A stretch of 64,000 nucleotides of DNA from Callorhinchus milii (lineage: Eukaryota): the NCBI RefSeq assembly GCF_018977255.1, contig NW_024704743.1, positions 47,680,001 through 47,744,000 on the forward strand, written 5' to 3'. Shown here piece after piece: positions 52,461-64,000 of the stretch (within the stretch, counting starts at the first letter, position 1; the number at the start of each line of letters is the position of its first letter). The position numbers were made by a program, and so were the translations under genes. The notes under the pieces were generated by a model that made no database searches, was not told the DNA's origin, and worked only from the letters and a program-made list of their open reading frames with translations.

Positions 52461-53367
52461 TTTAACAAACCTGCCTTTTTCTGGCCCTTCTTGATATTTC
52501 TACACAGTGCATCTGATCTTCATGCAGGGCTAAAATAAACTTTAGATTTTTTTTCTCGCTGTCAACCTTCTTCTAGTTTCCTTTGTTCCCTTTGCATATT
52601 TATTTTAGTTATGTCCAATTGATTTTCTCTTTCTCTTGCTTTTTCATTCATGCAAAATAGTAGCAAACAAACCTTCTGCCCAATCATTGTGCCAAAGTCA
52701 TGGTACAGGGGTTTCACATTGACATGAAACAATTTCGGAACAGATTCTGTAACACATTCCATACACATGGAATCTATTATGAAGCATTGCATTTTTCACC
52801 CCATGGATTTAAAAAAATATTTTAGCTTTTAAAATTATTTTAAGATTTTTTTATTCATCTATGGTGGCTTTTATTTTGCATTTCCTCCATTTTTGATTTC
52901 ATTCCAAAAAATATAAATTGGTTTTGTTTCCTAGAAGCACCTCTAACTTAACTCTCTCCTTATTTTTGTCACAACCACAGCCCTTGTTTATCTCATTTAA
53001 ATGTTCTTCCCTTACTCTCTCTTCTGGTGACAGTGACTCATGGTACAATTCCAGATGCTGGCAGCCCTCTGATACCTCATCGCTGTGACCATACTTTGTG
53101 TGCAGTTGATTAACTGTGGGCAGTGTGACTGATCCTACTCTCTCATGACCACACACACACATACACACTTGGGGTCAATGGATGGCAATCACTGATGGGA
53201 ATTCACTTCCTCACGGGGATATCAAAGCCCTTTTTGAGATCAGCTATTTCAGCACAATCAAGATTAAATTGGAGTTGTGAGCGATACATATAAATTTAGC
53301 ACAATTACTCAGCGAGCCATTGAGATAAACATACAATAAGTGTTTTTCTAAAGTTATTTTTGGGTTA

Positions 53368-53388
53368 TCCACGTGTCTGACACGTGGA
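53368..53388. promoter_or_regulatory. Perfect palindrome containing CACGTG-N5-CACGTG (ChoRE-type double E-box)
   Basis: TCCACGTGTC-T-GACACGTGGA, with E-boxes at 53370-53375 and 53381-53386. The motif is certain; function is untested. Confidence 0.4.
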
Positions 53389-56246
53389 ATTCTATCACGA
53401 TGCTTACCACTTTTTCATAGAAATTTCCCTTAGCCTCAAATGGAGTGCACTGTCTCCTCAGAGGGACACACCCTGCTAATTCTAGGATATGTTAATCACA
53501 GGTTGATGAGAGCCAAGGGTTGGTGTCCCCAGAATGTTGTTTCACCAACTAAAACCACATTATAAGTACTGTCTGGCAAGCACCTCACTGCTTGTCAAAC
53601 TCTGATCACCCTATCCATTATGGCTTTGGCTTGCAAGGTTAACAGAATCTGACTAGGAAGAAACCCTTTCACCAGTGACGGGTCTGACCCTCAAAAACTT
53701 ATCAACGAACCATGCTGCTGGATTGTCATCAACAGGCCTTGGATTCCTGTGGACCTGCATGGCTCAGGAATGGGACTACAGAGGGTCTTTTTGATTCCAA
53801 TATTCCACTGCAAAACACATCACCTTGGAGCAAATTCCAAGGAGACCACACTTAACTTCATTCCCCCCCTCCCCGCCAGATAGTTGGTCATTTGATATCC
53901 AACACCACATGTTTGAGCCTCACCATAGAGGGAAATCCCTGTTGAGTTTCCTGATGAGCAGCACAGCTCAGCATGAAATGCTGATGCATGGTCACCAACC
54001 TCCTGCCCACAACTTAGTCATGCATCCACCAGGTGAAATTGTGGGGCATTAGCAGTAGCTGCTTATTGCTGCACAGCAGATACAAAATCTTGAATATATG
54101 AGAACGCATTCATGATTTATAAATCTGGACTCCAGGTAACAACTTTCAGAATAGTCATCCCAAGTCTCAGTTTCCTCATCAGCTATTCAACAGGCATGTT
54201 GTCTCAGTGATAGTCCTGTATAAATGTAATGATTATTATCTCTCTTGTAAGGATTATTATTTTCTAGTGGTCCAAGTCCAATGCTATATATTAGGCATAC
54301 TCAACACCAATTGCTTAAACTTCCTAAGCAACTTCTAAGTCTTATACACTTAAATTGTTATTATTGCTTGAGCCTGAACAGTATCAAAAGTAACCATGTG
54401 ATCACTAAAACCCAGCAAGTGACTGTCACTTAGAATTTAGTCCATCGTTTCATGCTAAACTGCTGAATGCACAGCTAATAGCAGAAGACTAATATACCTG
54501 CTTCACCGATTTGTGTTAAGAGAAATCACTCATCAGTTTATGAATTTAATTACACCTTTACATCTCCCCTCTCTTTTGTTCCTTTAATGATTAGAGGATC
54601 TGACATTGCTCTACCTGCAGAACTTGTGCAATGCTAAGTCAAATCCCTTGTTTGACCAACACGTGTTTAAAAGGTGGCTGTATATTTGAATCTTCATAAA
54701 TATGGATAAGGAGCAAATTGAATAGGGACAGGGCAGTTAAATGCTAATTGCTTACTTGTGGATGAGAACTAATTTTATGGGTTTACACAAAGTAAGTAAG
54801 ATAGTATTCCACGACATGCCAGTCAAGAGTCATGATTTACTCTGGCGCACAAACTGAAAGTGCTGCCCACTTGGGAAAAAATTCCTCCACCTGTGTTGGT
54901 GGCAGTTTCCACCAACATTACAGATCACAGTGGGGAGACTTGCAAAGGCAAATTTATTCACTGTAGTGGTCAAATTAACAGCAGAATTTGAAAGAGAACA
55001 GCTTAAGAGAAACAAACACCATTTTACAGATTTTCATTATTAGCAAAATTAACAAATTAAAAAAAACTTAGAACCTACTGATTAAAAAGTAAAAAACATT
55101 GAGAATAAAAATGAAGGGTGGAGTTTAATGTGGTTATAATATAACCCCAAAGATAAACTAAGAATGAAAAAGAAAATATTAGGATAGACCAAACGCTTTA
55201 GAAGTACTGTATAATATCCTTTTCAGCTTTTGTCAGAAATGTAACATAACATATTCATTTTAAAATTCCTTCCTGGTGTAGAAATCACTGATGAAGAATT
55301 TATGCAAAGATTATTCTGGCATCAGAGGGCTGTCAGATCCATTATCCTGCAACATACTAGGCTCTTTTTTTAAAGACTCTTTTTGATGCAGAATGCAATT
55401 CTGGGGCAATGCAGAATGCAGCAAACCTTCCCTGGTTTTGATAGCAGATCCTCCCGCTACGATACAGCTAGCAACGAGGCGCCAACAAGGAGGGGCCAGG
55501 AAATCCTAGTTGTACAACAACAGAGCGATAAAGACCAGCTTTTTTTTCCCTCTTGTGAAGACATCAGGAATGAAATAGAATGAATTAAAGTAGAATGTTT
55601 CCGATCTGGAATGTGGAAATATGCTTTTCAGTAATATAACTTTGAGCTCGTTTTCTAGAGTAATTGACCTTCAAATTTCTCAGTGTAGTGAAACACTGAT
55701 TTATAAGTAGCCCTTTTCTAAAAAAAATCACTATTGCAACATCATTTCGAATATTGTGTTGAGATTGAACTGTATTGAATAGATCCACCACAATGCTGGA
55801 TACTTAATACTGTAATTTAGCTTCTAACTCCTGTGTCCAGTTTCCTTTGTTTGTCCACATAATCAACTTGCTGTATATTGGTAGTACAACATCTACAAAA
55901 TAATTGTCTTTACCATTGTGACAAAAACTTCCAATACTCACATGCGAAAGTAGAGGGGCTTGGTAGTCATTTGCTCCCCACCGGGAACTAGATAAATGTC
56001 TTGTAGCTTTAAATGACTATGGAAGTATATATCCCCTGAGGTCAAGCATTTTCCAGACAGCCTGGATAATGGTAAAACGTGTGACAATTTTGAACATAAC
56101 TCTTTTGAAGAAGTTGGTTAATTTCCTAATGTTGCACTGTTGATCTGAGACTTCCCCATTGGAGGAATTGTGAGACCTGAATCTGGATTTGTTTAGGAGA
56201 GTAACACAAGTGATCAGCTCTTTTTTTTTGCAGATTATATTCTAGT

Positions 56247-57365
56247 CTAACGGTTTCTACTCCAGCCCCCGCACTGTCACATCTGGTGTCCCCCAGGGGT
56301 CTGTCCTTGACCCTCTCTTTAATATCTACATGCTCCCCCTTGGTGACATTATCCGCAGACATGGGGTCAACTTCCATATGTATGCAACTCTATCTTTCTG
56401 CCTCCACCCTCAACTCCAGGACCACTGCTGTCCTGACAGACTGTCTGTCGGACATCAAGTCCTGGATGAGGGCAAATTTCCTACAGTTGAATGTGAACAA
56501 GACTGAGGCCCTCCTGATTGCCTCGCGCCAGCGCCTCAGCACCTCAGGCTCTGGCAGCATCAACCTCCATGGTTGCTCACTACAACTCACCAAGCCAGTC
56601 AGGAACCTGGGTGTCTTGTTCAACCCTCAACTGTCTTTTCTTCCCCACATCCAAGCCATGACCCGCTCTGCCTTCCCTCACCTCCGTAACATCGCCCGAC
56701 TCCGCCACTACCTCACCCCTCAGGCCACTGAAACTCTTGTTCATACCTTCATCACCTCCAGGCTCGACTATGCAAACTCCCTGCTTGTTGGCCTTCCCAA
56801 CTCCTCCCTCCACAGACTGCAGATAATCCAGAACTCTGCAGCCCGTGTCCTCTCCCGCACCAAACTCCATGACCCCATCTCCCCCTCTCTTGCCTGAGTC
56901 CATTGGCTCCCTATCCTTCAGAGGATCCAGTTCAAGATCCTGGTCCTCACCTACAAAGCCCTCCTTGGCCTCACCCCACCCTAACCCTGCGACCTCCTAA
57001 CCCCCTACCAACCCGCCTGTTCCCTCTGCTCAGTCGGCTCTGGCCTGCTCCAGTCGGGCGATGTTACGGAGGTGAGGGAAGGCAGAGCGTCCCCCAACCC
57101 ACCCGCCCCAACATTGGCGGAAGAGCCTTCAGCCACTCTCTCCCCAACCTCTGGAATTCCATCCACAAGTCACTCCGCCTCGCCCCCTCCTTAGCCTCCT
57201 TCAAGACCCTCCTCTTCGACCATGCCATCGGCCACCCCCCTTCCCCTCCCCTCCCTTCTCCCCCCCCCGACCCCAGCTTGGGTCTGAAATACTGTACACT
57301 GTCCAGCGCCTTGGGAATTCCTCCCGATGTGAAAGGCGCTATACAAAAGTAATCTTATTGTTGAT
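56247..57365 (+). mobile_element. L2 LINE, 3' 1.1 kb of ORF2
   Basis: [40 protein letters not shown] and GGRAFSHSLPNLWNS motifs, plus the L2 tail. Confidence 0.95.
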
Positions 57366-57935
57366 GTAGTCTTTCCCTATATCACATCCCATGATTGTTT
57401 GAAAGAACAAAGTGACTCTTCCAAGCGTTGCTGTACACCACTATATCCAAGCTGGTGGAAAATACCTAGCTTTCTGATTTTCTGGAGAGGGGCTGTTAAA
57501 ACAACAACTTTCCTAAAAATTCTGAAACTCAGGTTTTCTTCTTTCCCAAGATATAATTATCAAATGTCGGTGAGATAACTAATTTCAGCACAACTCCAGT
57601 ATCAAGCTATATTAATAACCATTTCAGGCTTCCTGAATGTCTATTTAAAAAGCTAATGTTTTAACCTGACAGTATGTGACTGACTGTGGGGATAGGTTCA
57701 GCCTTTGAATTTATACAATTGCAAAAAAAGGCAAGATATTAACCTGAAGATGATATAACTTCTGAAACAATATTCAAAGGATGTCTACCTTTAACCCTAC
57801 CAATACAGAAAGAATTTAGGCCTTCTGAACTAAAAACAAGTAAAATTTTACTGTATAAAAATGTTACAAAGCTAGGTTAAGGAAATCATTGTTCACGTTA
57901 AAAGGGTTAAATATAGCTACAATCAGTAGATCATA

Positions 57936-58368
57936 ATCTGGGCCAATGGAAAAGTGCAGAAATATTTGCTCCAAATTGCGGGTCTTTTGGCAACTTTTGG
58001 GGGAATTGTGGAGGGTTGGTTGTTGCTATTGCGAGAAGCATTTTGTGAAACAACCAGATTAAACTATAGGTATATATTTCCTGAATCTGTAGTTATGTTT
58101 AAAATACTAAAAATGTTAATGTGAATAGTACAGCACTTACCAAGAATTTGTTGTAGGAGCTCAGTTTAGGCCACATGCGCCGGGCAAAGCTGATTTCCTG
58201 TTTGCGCCGATTCCGCGATCTCAAGATTCCCCACGCTGCCCACGCATGACGGGAGCCGCTCCAATCACAGCAGCAGCGTCGAGCAAGCAGTGTGCAGAGA
58301 CCCGGGGCGTGGCATTTGTAGCGGAATCCATAGAAAAAGTGCAGCCACACATTTCTATTACCCCAGAT
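57936..58368. mobile_element. Compact non-autonomous TIR element (MITE), CpG-rich interior
   Basis: ATCTGGGCCAATGGAAAAGTG at the left versus CACATTTCTATTACCCCAGAT at the right form an imperfect ~21 bp inverted repeat. Superfamily not assigned. Confidence 0.65.
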
Positions 58369-58639
58369 CAGAACTTAAGGCAAAGTATTACCAAATAATG
58401 ACTGCTCACAGGGATTCCACATACACCAAAACTACTGGATTTTAACAGATTTTTGAAATTGTTGTCTGTTTCGATGTGCGGTATTCCCTGACATGGATAT
58501 GCGTGTTTTAGGACGATTAGAATTTACACACCTTTAAGAAAAATGAAAAATTAAGTACTACTTTTCCTCGTTTCGAATAATTTGTTTAAAATGTTCTTGA
58601 TTGCTAAAACATTAAATTTCTTGATAGCTGGACATGTGA

Positions 58640-59442
58640 AACTGAGGTCAACCTAGATCTTTATTGCGAACAAAAATTCCACAACAACAGAAAGCAAGAC
58701 ACATCATCACCAGTGAGAAAACTTAACTAAATTCTCGTCAAACAAAAATATTCAGTAAATATAAGCATTTACATAGAAAGCAAAAGTTATTACAGATTGG
58801 GTTCACATTGCAGGACATATTTAAACATCTTAGTGGAAATCTAATGTTTTCCAGAGTTTTGTACATCAGTTTGGTACACTGTCCATAAATATTTTAATTT
58901 CTTATGTTTTATGAAGCTGGAATAGGAACAAAACAGATTTCAGCCATGCTTAAACAGATCGACTTGTAATACAATTTCAAATGAAAAGCTTGATATCTAC
59001 AAGGAATCACAAGTTCTAAAGAGCCTATACAGTTTACTATGAATAAGCAACAAGATAATTTTTAAGTTTATATGCAGAAAATGTGCTCTACATGTCTCAA
59101 AACTTAAACTGCAACCAATTTAAATTAGAATCCACTGCAGATGACTGACTGTATTACAAGTAAAGTGCTTATATTAGATACATTGTTGTTTTCTACTGCA
59201 ACTGCATATTTGTGATATTACATTGATGACTTATGGTTTCATAATCACTTTATGCAACTTCTTATATATGCTATGCTTTATATATGAAATCAAAGATTTA
59301 AAAAATATAGCAGACTACCTCTTTAACCCAGTAATATGGTGCCCTTTGAGTGATAGCAATATAGTGTGGTAGCTAAATTAACATTAATCCCAATGTAACC
59401 AGTCTTCATTACGAATCAAAAAAATTAAATGGGCTTCATAAT
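58640..59442 (-). other. TAX1BP1: Probable TAX1BP1 3' UTR
   Basis: AU-rich, repeat-free sequence from the stop codon to a canonical poly(A) signal. Confidence 0.6.
58660..58665 (-). terminator. Candidate TAX1BP1 polyadenylation signal AATAAA
   Basis: TTTATT on the + strand, about 780 nt downstream of the TAX1BP1 stop codon. Confidence 0.55.
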
Positions 59443-59644
59443 TTAATCAAAGCTCTGGACATTTTCAGGAAAATGCATCAGGACATGTTTCTCGAATATC
59501 TGTTGGTCACAATCTGGAGAAAATTGCTCATTGCACATGGGACACACCTTCCAGTGACTTTCAACATGCTCTTCAAATTTGCTCTGATCATAATTGGGTG
59601 GAAACACCAAATCACAAAGTGGACACTTCTTATGAAGATCAAAG
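59443..59644 (-). CDS. TAX1BP1: TAX1BP1 terminal coding exon; two UBZ-type C2H2 zinc fingers
   Basis: Minus-strand ttttgcag acceptor. Translates (S)FDLHKKCPLCDLVFPPNYDQSKFEEHVESHWKVCPMCNEQFSPDCDQQIFEKHVLMHFPENVQSFD, with stop at 59443-59445. Matches the TAX1BP1 C-terminus and the known synteny with JAZF1. Confidence 0.96.
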
Positions 59645-59742
59645 CTGCAAAACGAAAAAGTAAATCAAATCGATGATCATTAGGTGTTATTTTAAAACAA
59701 AACAGAAAAGTTTCATATTCAGAAATAAAAGAATGAACCTAC

Positions 59743-59834
59743 CTTGATTGGAAGCAGAAGTGAGATCCTCTTTCTTGTAATAGGAAACTTTGAGGATCAG
59801 AAACATCAACTGGTGAAACATTAACATCTTCATC
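59743..59834 (-). CDS. TAX1BP1: TAX1BP1 penultimate coding exon, 92 bp
   Basis: Minus-strand ttttacag acceptor and AG|gtaggt donor. Translates DEDVNVSPVDVSDPQSFLLQERGSHFCFQS(S). Joins the last exon in frame across a 98 bp intron, and the FCFxSSFD context matches TAX1BP1. Confidence 0.88.
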
Positions 59835-60089
59835 CTGTAAAACACACACATGTAAAATTATCCCACTTAGACTATGATGTGACTTAGAGGAGAATAATCA
59901 CAGAAGACTTGATCTTTGTTAAGTGTTTTGGTTCTAGAAGGGCAGAGCCTTCAAAGACTTAAGTCTCAGGTTGACAGTGTGAATATTTCTGAAACTATGA
60001 TGAAGGATTTTATAAAGGATCATCTTGAGGGTAAAGGGTAATCAGAGACAGGCAGCATGGCTTTAGCAGTAAGAGATTATGCTTAACAA

Positions 60090-61060
60090 GTTTATTGGAT
60101 TTCCTTGAGACAACCAGAGCTGGTGGAAGGTGAAGGATTTTATTTATTGGATTTTAGAAAGGCATTTGACATAGTCCACATAATAGACCAATGCATAGGT
60201 TAAGGCCCATGGCGCAGATGAGAATGTATTAAACTAGAGTCACAAATGGCTTGATGGTGGAAAGCAAATGCATTTTGCAAAGGCACCCAACTGAGCACAG
60301 ATTAAGGGCGTCTCATAAGGGGTTGAGTTTAGGACTACTATCGCTTAGAATTTTTATAAATAATTTGGTGACTTGTTTCACATGAAATACATCAAAATAT
60401 TTAGCCAGCATAAAATTAGGGAGCAGTGTCAAGTGATGACAATAGATATGAACAAATTCAGAAAGCTCTGCAGAAGTTGAGCATGTAAGACGTCGAATAA
60501 CTTGCCAAGTTATAGAGGCAGAGTCCATTGCGGCTTCAATTGGAAAGTATAAAGGTATATAAAAAATGAAGGCTTTCAGACAAATTCCACTCAACTGATT
60601 ATCTTCACAAACGTGCACCAGGATTTCAAAGGCAAAATCATATATGTAAGTAAAACAACTCATGTTCAGGAGAGTTAGCAATTATAAAGGCAAAACTTCC
60701 ATTGAAATCATTATTTCACATCCTTGGCAGAATTACAATATACAATTCAATCTGGAACAATACCAAGTGATTTAATTTAGCGATCAATGCAACACAAAGC
60801 AAACCATTATACTAAATACAAGTACAATCCCACACAACTATTTCCATTCCATGAACAAAGATTTTAAAACATTTTCAAAATCCATATCTATTAGTAATAA
60901 AAGCATATTTTACTGGTGGGAGCACCCTTTTGGACAATATATTCAACTCTGCTCACTCATGCTATGAAAATATACAGCCTTTGGAGAAAGTGAAAGAAGA
61001 AAAACAGGACTGATCCAAAGTATAAATAGTATGAACTATGAGAAAGGATGTGATTTATGG
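60090..61060 (+). mobile_element. Degraded CR1 remnants in a TAX1BP1 intron
   Basis: LDFRKAFDIV near 60150 and a LV-xHL-YIQ-like remnant near 60915. Confidence 0.5.
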
Positions 61061-61189
61061 AGCGAAAATGTTAAAACATATTACCAACCAAGACTTATTT
61101 TGCTCAAAATGAGCTAAAGGTTGGTGTAGATCTGCTATGTGGGGTGGTAGAGAATGACTCAAACACACTCCTTGTCGGTCTCCCCAGCT

Positions 61190-61685
61190 CCACTATTCAA
61201 AAAATCCAGTTCATTCAGAACTCTGCTGCCTGAAAACTTACTCAGACTAAACTCTGTACCCCCATTTCACCAGTTCTGGCCAGGCTCCACGGCTTCTCAT
61301 TACCGAACAGATCATCTTCAAAGTCCTCACACTCGTGTTCAAACCACTTCACTCCCTGGCACCTCCCTACCTCTCCAACCTTCTTACTCCCCAATCCACC
61401 ACCCGGGCACCTCAGCTCAACTGGCACCAGCCTCCTACTCGCCCCTTGTGCCCTCCACTCCACCACTGGAGGTTGCGCATTCAGCCACTACGCCCTGAAA
61501 CTCTGGAACACTCTCCCTTAATCTCTTCGCCTTGCCCCTCTCCCCTTCTTCAAGTCCCGCCTGAAAACCTTCCTATTCGACCATGCTTACGGTCACCTCA
61601 CCCCACCACTCAGAGTCAGGCTCCGCCACTGTTAAATGCTCTGAGACGCTACCCTGCGGGTACTTTTGTACAGGTTGTTGTTGTA
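61190..61685 (+). mobile_element. Old L2 3' fragment
   Basis: FKPLHSLAPPYLSNLL and the L2 tail. Confidence 0.75.
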
Positions 61686-62044
61686 GAGTCAAAAGCATCA
61701 GATATTCGTTCAAAATCATCTGCACATTTCCATGGGTAAGGGATGGTTATTTTATTATTCCTAATTAGTCAGATGCAGACAGCCTGTAAACACACAGTAT
61801 GCCAGAGGTGTGGTACATTGCTTGTTCCAGCGCTGAGTGGCCAGCTTCCTGTACACAGCGCATAGACATTGAAAGGGTCTCCCTGTGGCATCCCAGCAAC
61901 TGTCAGTAATGCTCACAAGAGCAGTGGATCTGGTCATTTGGCTTTCTATGTGACCTGAAGTGAAGCACTGTCCAGCTGCTACTCTACAATATAACCCTTT
62001 ATACCACAGGGGCCTCATTCTACGGACACTCATCACTTCATAAC

Positions 62045-62146
62045 AATAAAACGCAAAATACTGCAGATACTGGAAATCTGAAACAAAAACAGAAGTCGCT
62101 GGGAACACTCAACAGGTCAGGCAGCATCTATGGACAAAGGAAAGTT
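62045..62146. mobile_element. Short solo Penelope-like terminal fragment, same family as 42269-42732
   Basis: Reverse complement of 42616-42716. ATAACAAT flanks it at 62040-62047 and 62147-62154 (possible TSD). Confidence 0.75.
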
Positions 62147-62184
62147 ATAACAATGCCTGCTTTACATTTAGGTCTTCCTGTAGC

Positions 62185-62420
62185 ATGAAACAGAACCAAC
62201 GAACCACAGAAATTTATGGCAAAAGAAAGGTCATTTGACCCATCCCCAGACCCATGTGCCAACTCCCTCAAAAGTAATCCTTTCAGTCCCACTTACCTGT
62301 CCTTTCCCCAAACCTTGCAGCTTACTCTTTTTGTGGTATTTATCCATTTTCCTCTTGAAGGCCAATATGAATTTTGCCTGAACTACTATTCCTGGCAGGG
62401 CATTCAATATCCAACTACAG
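62185..62420 (-). mobile_element. Old CR1 3' end
   Basis: WILNALPGIVVQAKFILAFKRKMDKY resembles the CR1 C-terminus WNALPxxVVEAxxxxxFKxxLDxY. Confidence 0.65.
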
Positions 62421-64000
62421 TACTCTGTAGCAAATAGTTCTACAGTAGTACTGTGGGGCATTGAAGCAGGTCAATTCCTCAGCAGTGCTGAGAGGAGGCA
62501 TAATAAATCAGGAAAGAAAATGCAAGTAATCTTTGTTTTCATACACTAAATGGTAGCTGCCTCCTTTATTCCAAGCTCATTGTAGTTGTGATGTGGAGGG
62601 GGGTGGGGGGATCAATGTAGTATGGACATCCTGAAGTGGCTCTATTTAGCTTAACTGGGCCAAGCAGTTGGACAGGTTTGAGAGCTGATTCCCTTGATAT
62701 TGTGAATGTTTAGCATTTATTGTCCATTTATTCCTGCGCATCCACTGGTTTTCCCACTGCTGGACAGCTCCCGATCAGCTCTCAAATCAGTCAAAAGTAC
62801 CTTGCTTCATTAAAATAAACAGAACCTCTCCAGGACTCCCTAGAATAAATGTGGAGTGGCTCACAACCACATGTGAAAAAGTGAGGTTTACTTGCTGCAA
62901 GGAAACAATACTTTTATAAATATATTACTCGTCTCCAGATCTAGAGGGAATACTTTGAAATAGAAAGTACTCCCTTTGGGTTTTTCTTCCCTTTTAATGA
63001 GCAAGTAACAGCAAAGAGATCGATTGCGCACTTGAGTTTTTAATCTCACTCAGTGAAAGCCTTGGTGCTCCATAAAAAAAATCAAAACATGATGTTTATT
63101 GTACAAGCCGCTTGCGGGCAAAGCTACAAAACCTATTAAAACTGCTGTATAGGACTAATATTAGAAATGGAAAATAAAACATCTAGAAAAAACAAAGCTG
63201 TCAACTCTTAATTCTACAAAGTCTGTCAATCATGATTTCCACAAGATAAAAANCACTGTTGCAGGCTTGTGTCCACACTTCCCAGCGGTCAGTTCTGAGT
63301 GATCTGTATATCCCACTAACGCTAGCCAAGCGTGTCACACATGTCACAGTGCAGTCAGACATATCAGCTAAATTGCCCTGTTGGGCTGCCTCCTCTCATC
63401 AGTTCTGTCAGTGCTGCTCTCATTTCACAAGCACTAACAGCACATAAATAGCTGCAGCAGGCGCTGATGAGGATCACAATGTTGATGGACATCGAGGTCG
63501 GCTTCACAGCTCCCATCAACAGTCAGCGAGATGCTGTACCAGTAGAGGACATGTCCAAATCTGCTTGCGATTTGAAGAATCATCTACAGGGAAACTCATG
63601 TATATGAATCACGCGCACTCAGTGCAAAAGTACTGAGAAGAATGAAAAATACAATTTAATAGAAAAAGCTCCTTGTATTTAAACAAGGTTCAAATCTTGA
63701 CACCTTCCCCACGGTCACAAAAATAATAATGGCAAAACACTTCAAGTTGTGCTTTTGTGCAACATACCAATTCATCTTCTATGGGCTTCGGAGACAAACT
63801 ATTTAAATAAGATGGAAAGAGTCAAAGGACATGCACTCAAACTGCCTTAATACATAAAGCCCTCAGCTGGAACAAGCCCTGCAGCTCCTATTGTTAAAGA
63901 GATATTCTTTTTATTGGGAAATTTAAAACACACAGACATTCCTTTCTTCCCCACCACCTCCCACACCCATCACCACCCACATTTACCCCTTGCCACATTA

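Noticed and set aside
59473..59676. Plus-strand 67 aa ORF over the TAX1BP1 exon
   Set aside because: It is the antisense shadow of the real minus-strand exon.
63464..63510. CTGATGA hammerhead or box-C-like motif (also at 53951)
   Set aside because: No correctly placed stem II plus GAAA, and no convincing box D with a terminal stem.

Overview
Eukaryotic (vertebrate) genomic DNA, most likely a cartilaginous fish, inferred from the Deu-type SINE, CR1, L2 and Penelope repeat content. The + strand carries the last three coding exons of JAZF1 (12238-12434, 30084-30253, 37965-38141) and its 3' UTR. The - strand carries the last two exons of TAX1BP1 (59743-59834, 59443-59644), which gives the convergent JAZF1/TAX1BP1 arrangement known from other vertebrates. 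The rest is intron or intergenic DNA rich in CR1 and L2 LINE fragments, tRNA-derived SINEs sharing their 3' tail with L2, several MITEs, and two large tandem arrays (about 17.5-19.8 kb and 20.6-23.1 kb). No prokaryotic-type system, CRISPR array or new protein-coding gene is supported. The most notable observations are: a TSD-flanked palindromic Penelope-like insertion with two degenerate hammerhead-ribozyme cores; a ~430 bp MITE apparently inflated to ~6 kb by satellites; a G-rich minisatellite full of AG|GTGAGT splice-like motifs inside JAZF1 intron 3; a perfect ChoRE-type double E-box palindrome between the two genes; and loss of the second PPxY motif in TAX1BP1. Exon boundaries were read base by base. 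Repeat boundaries are approximate, and family names come from motif recognition, not database searches.
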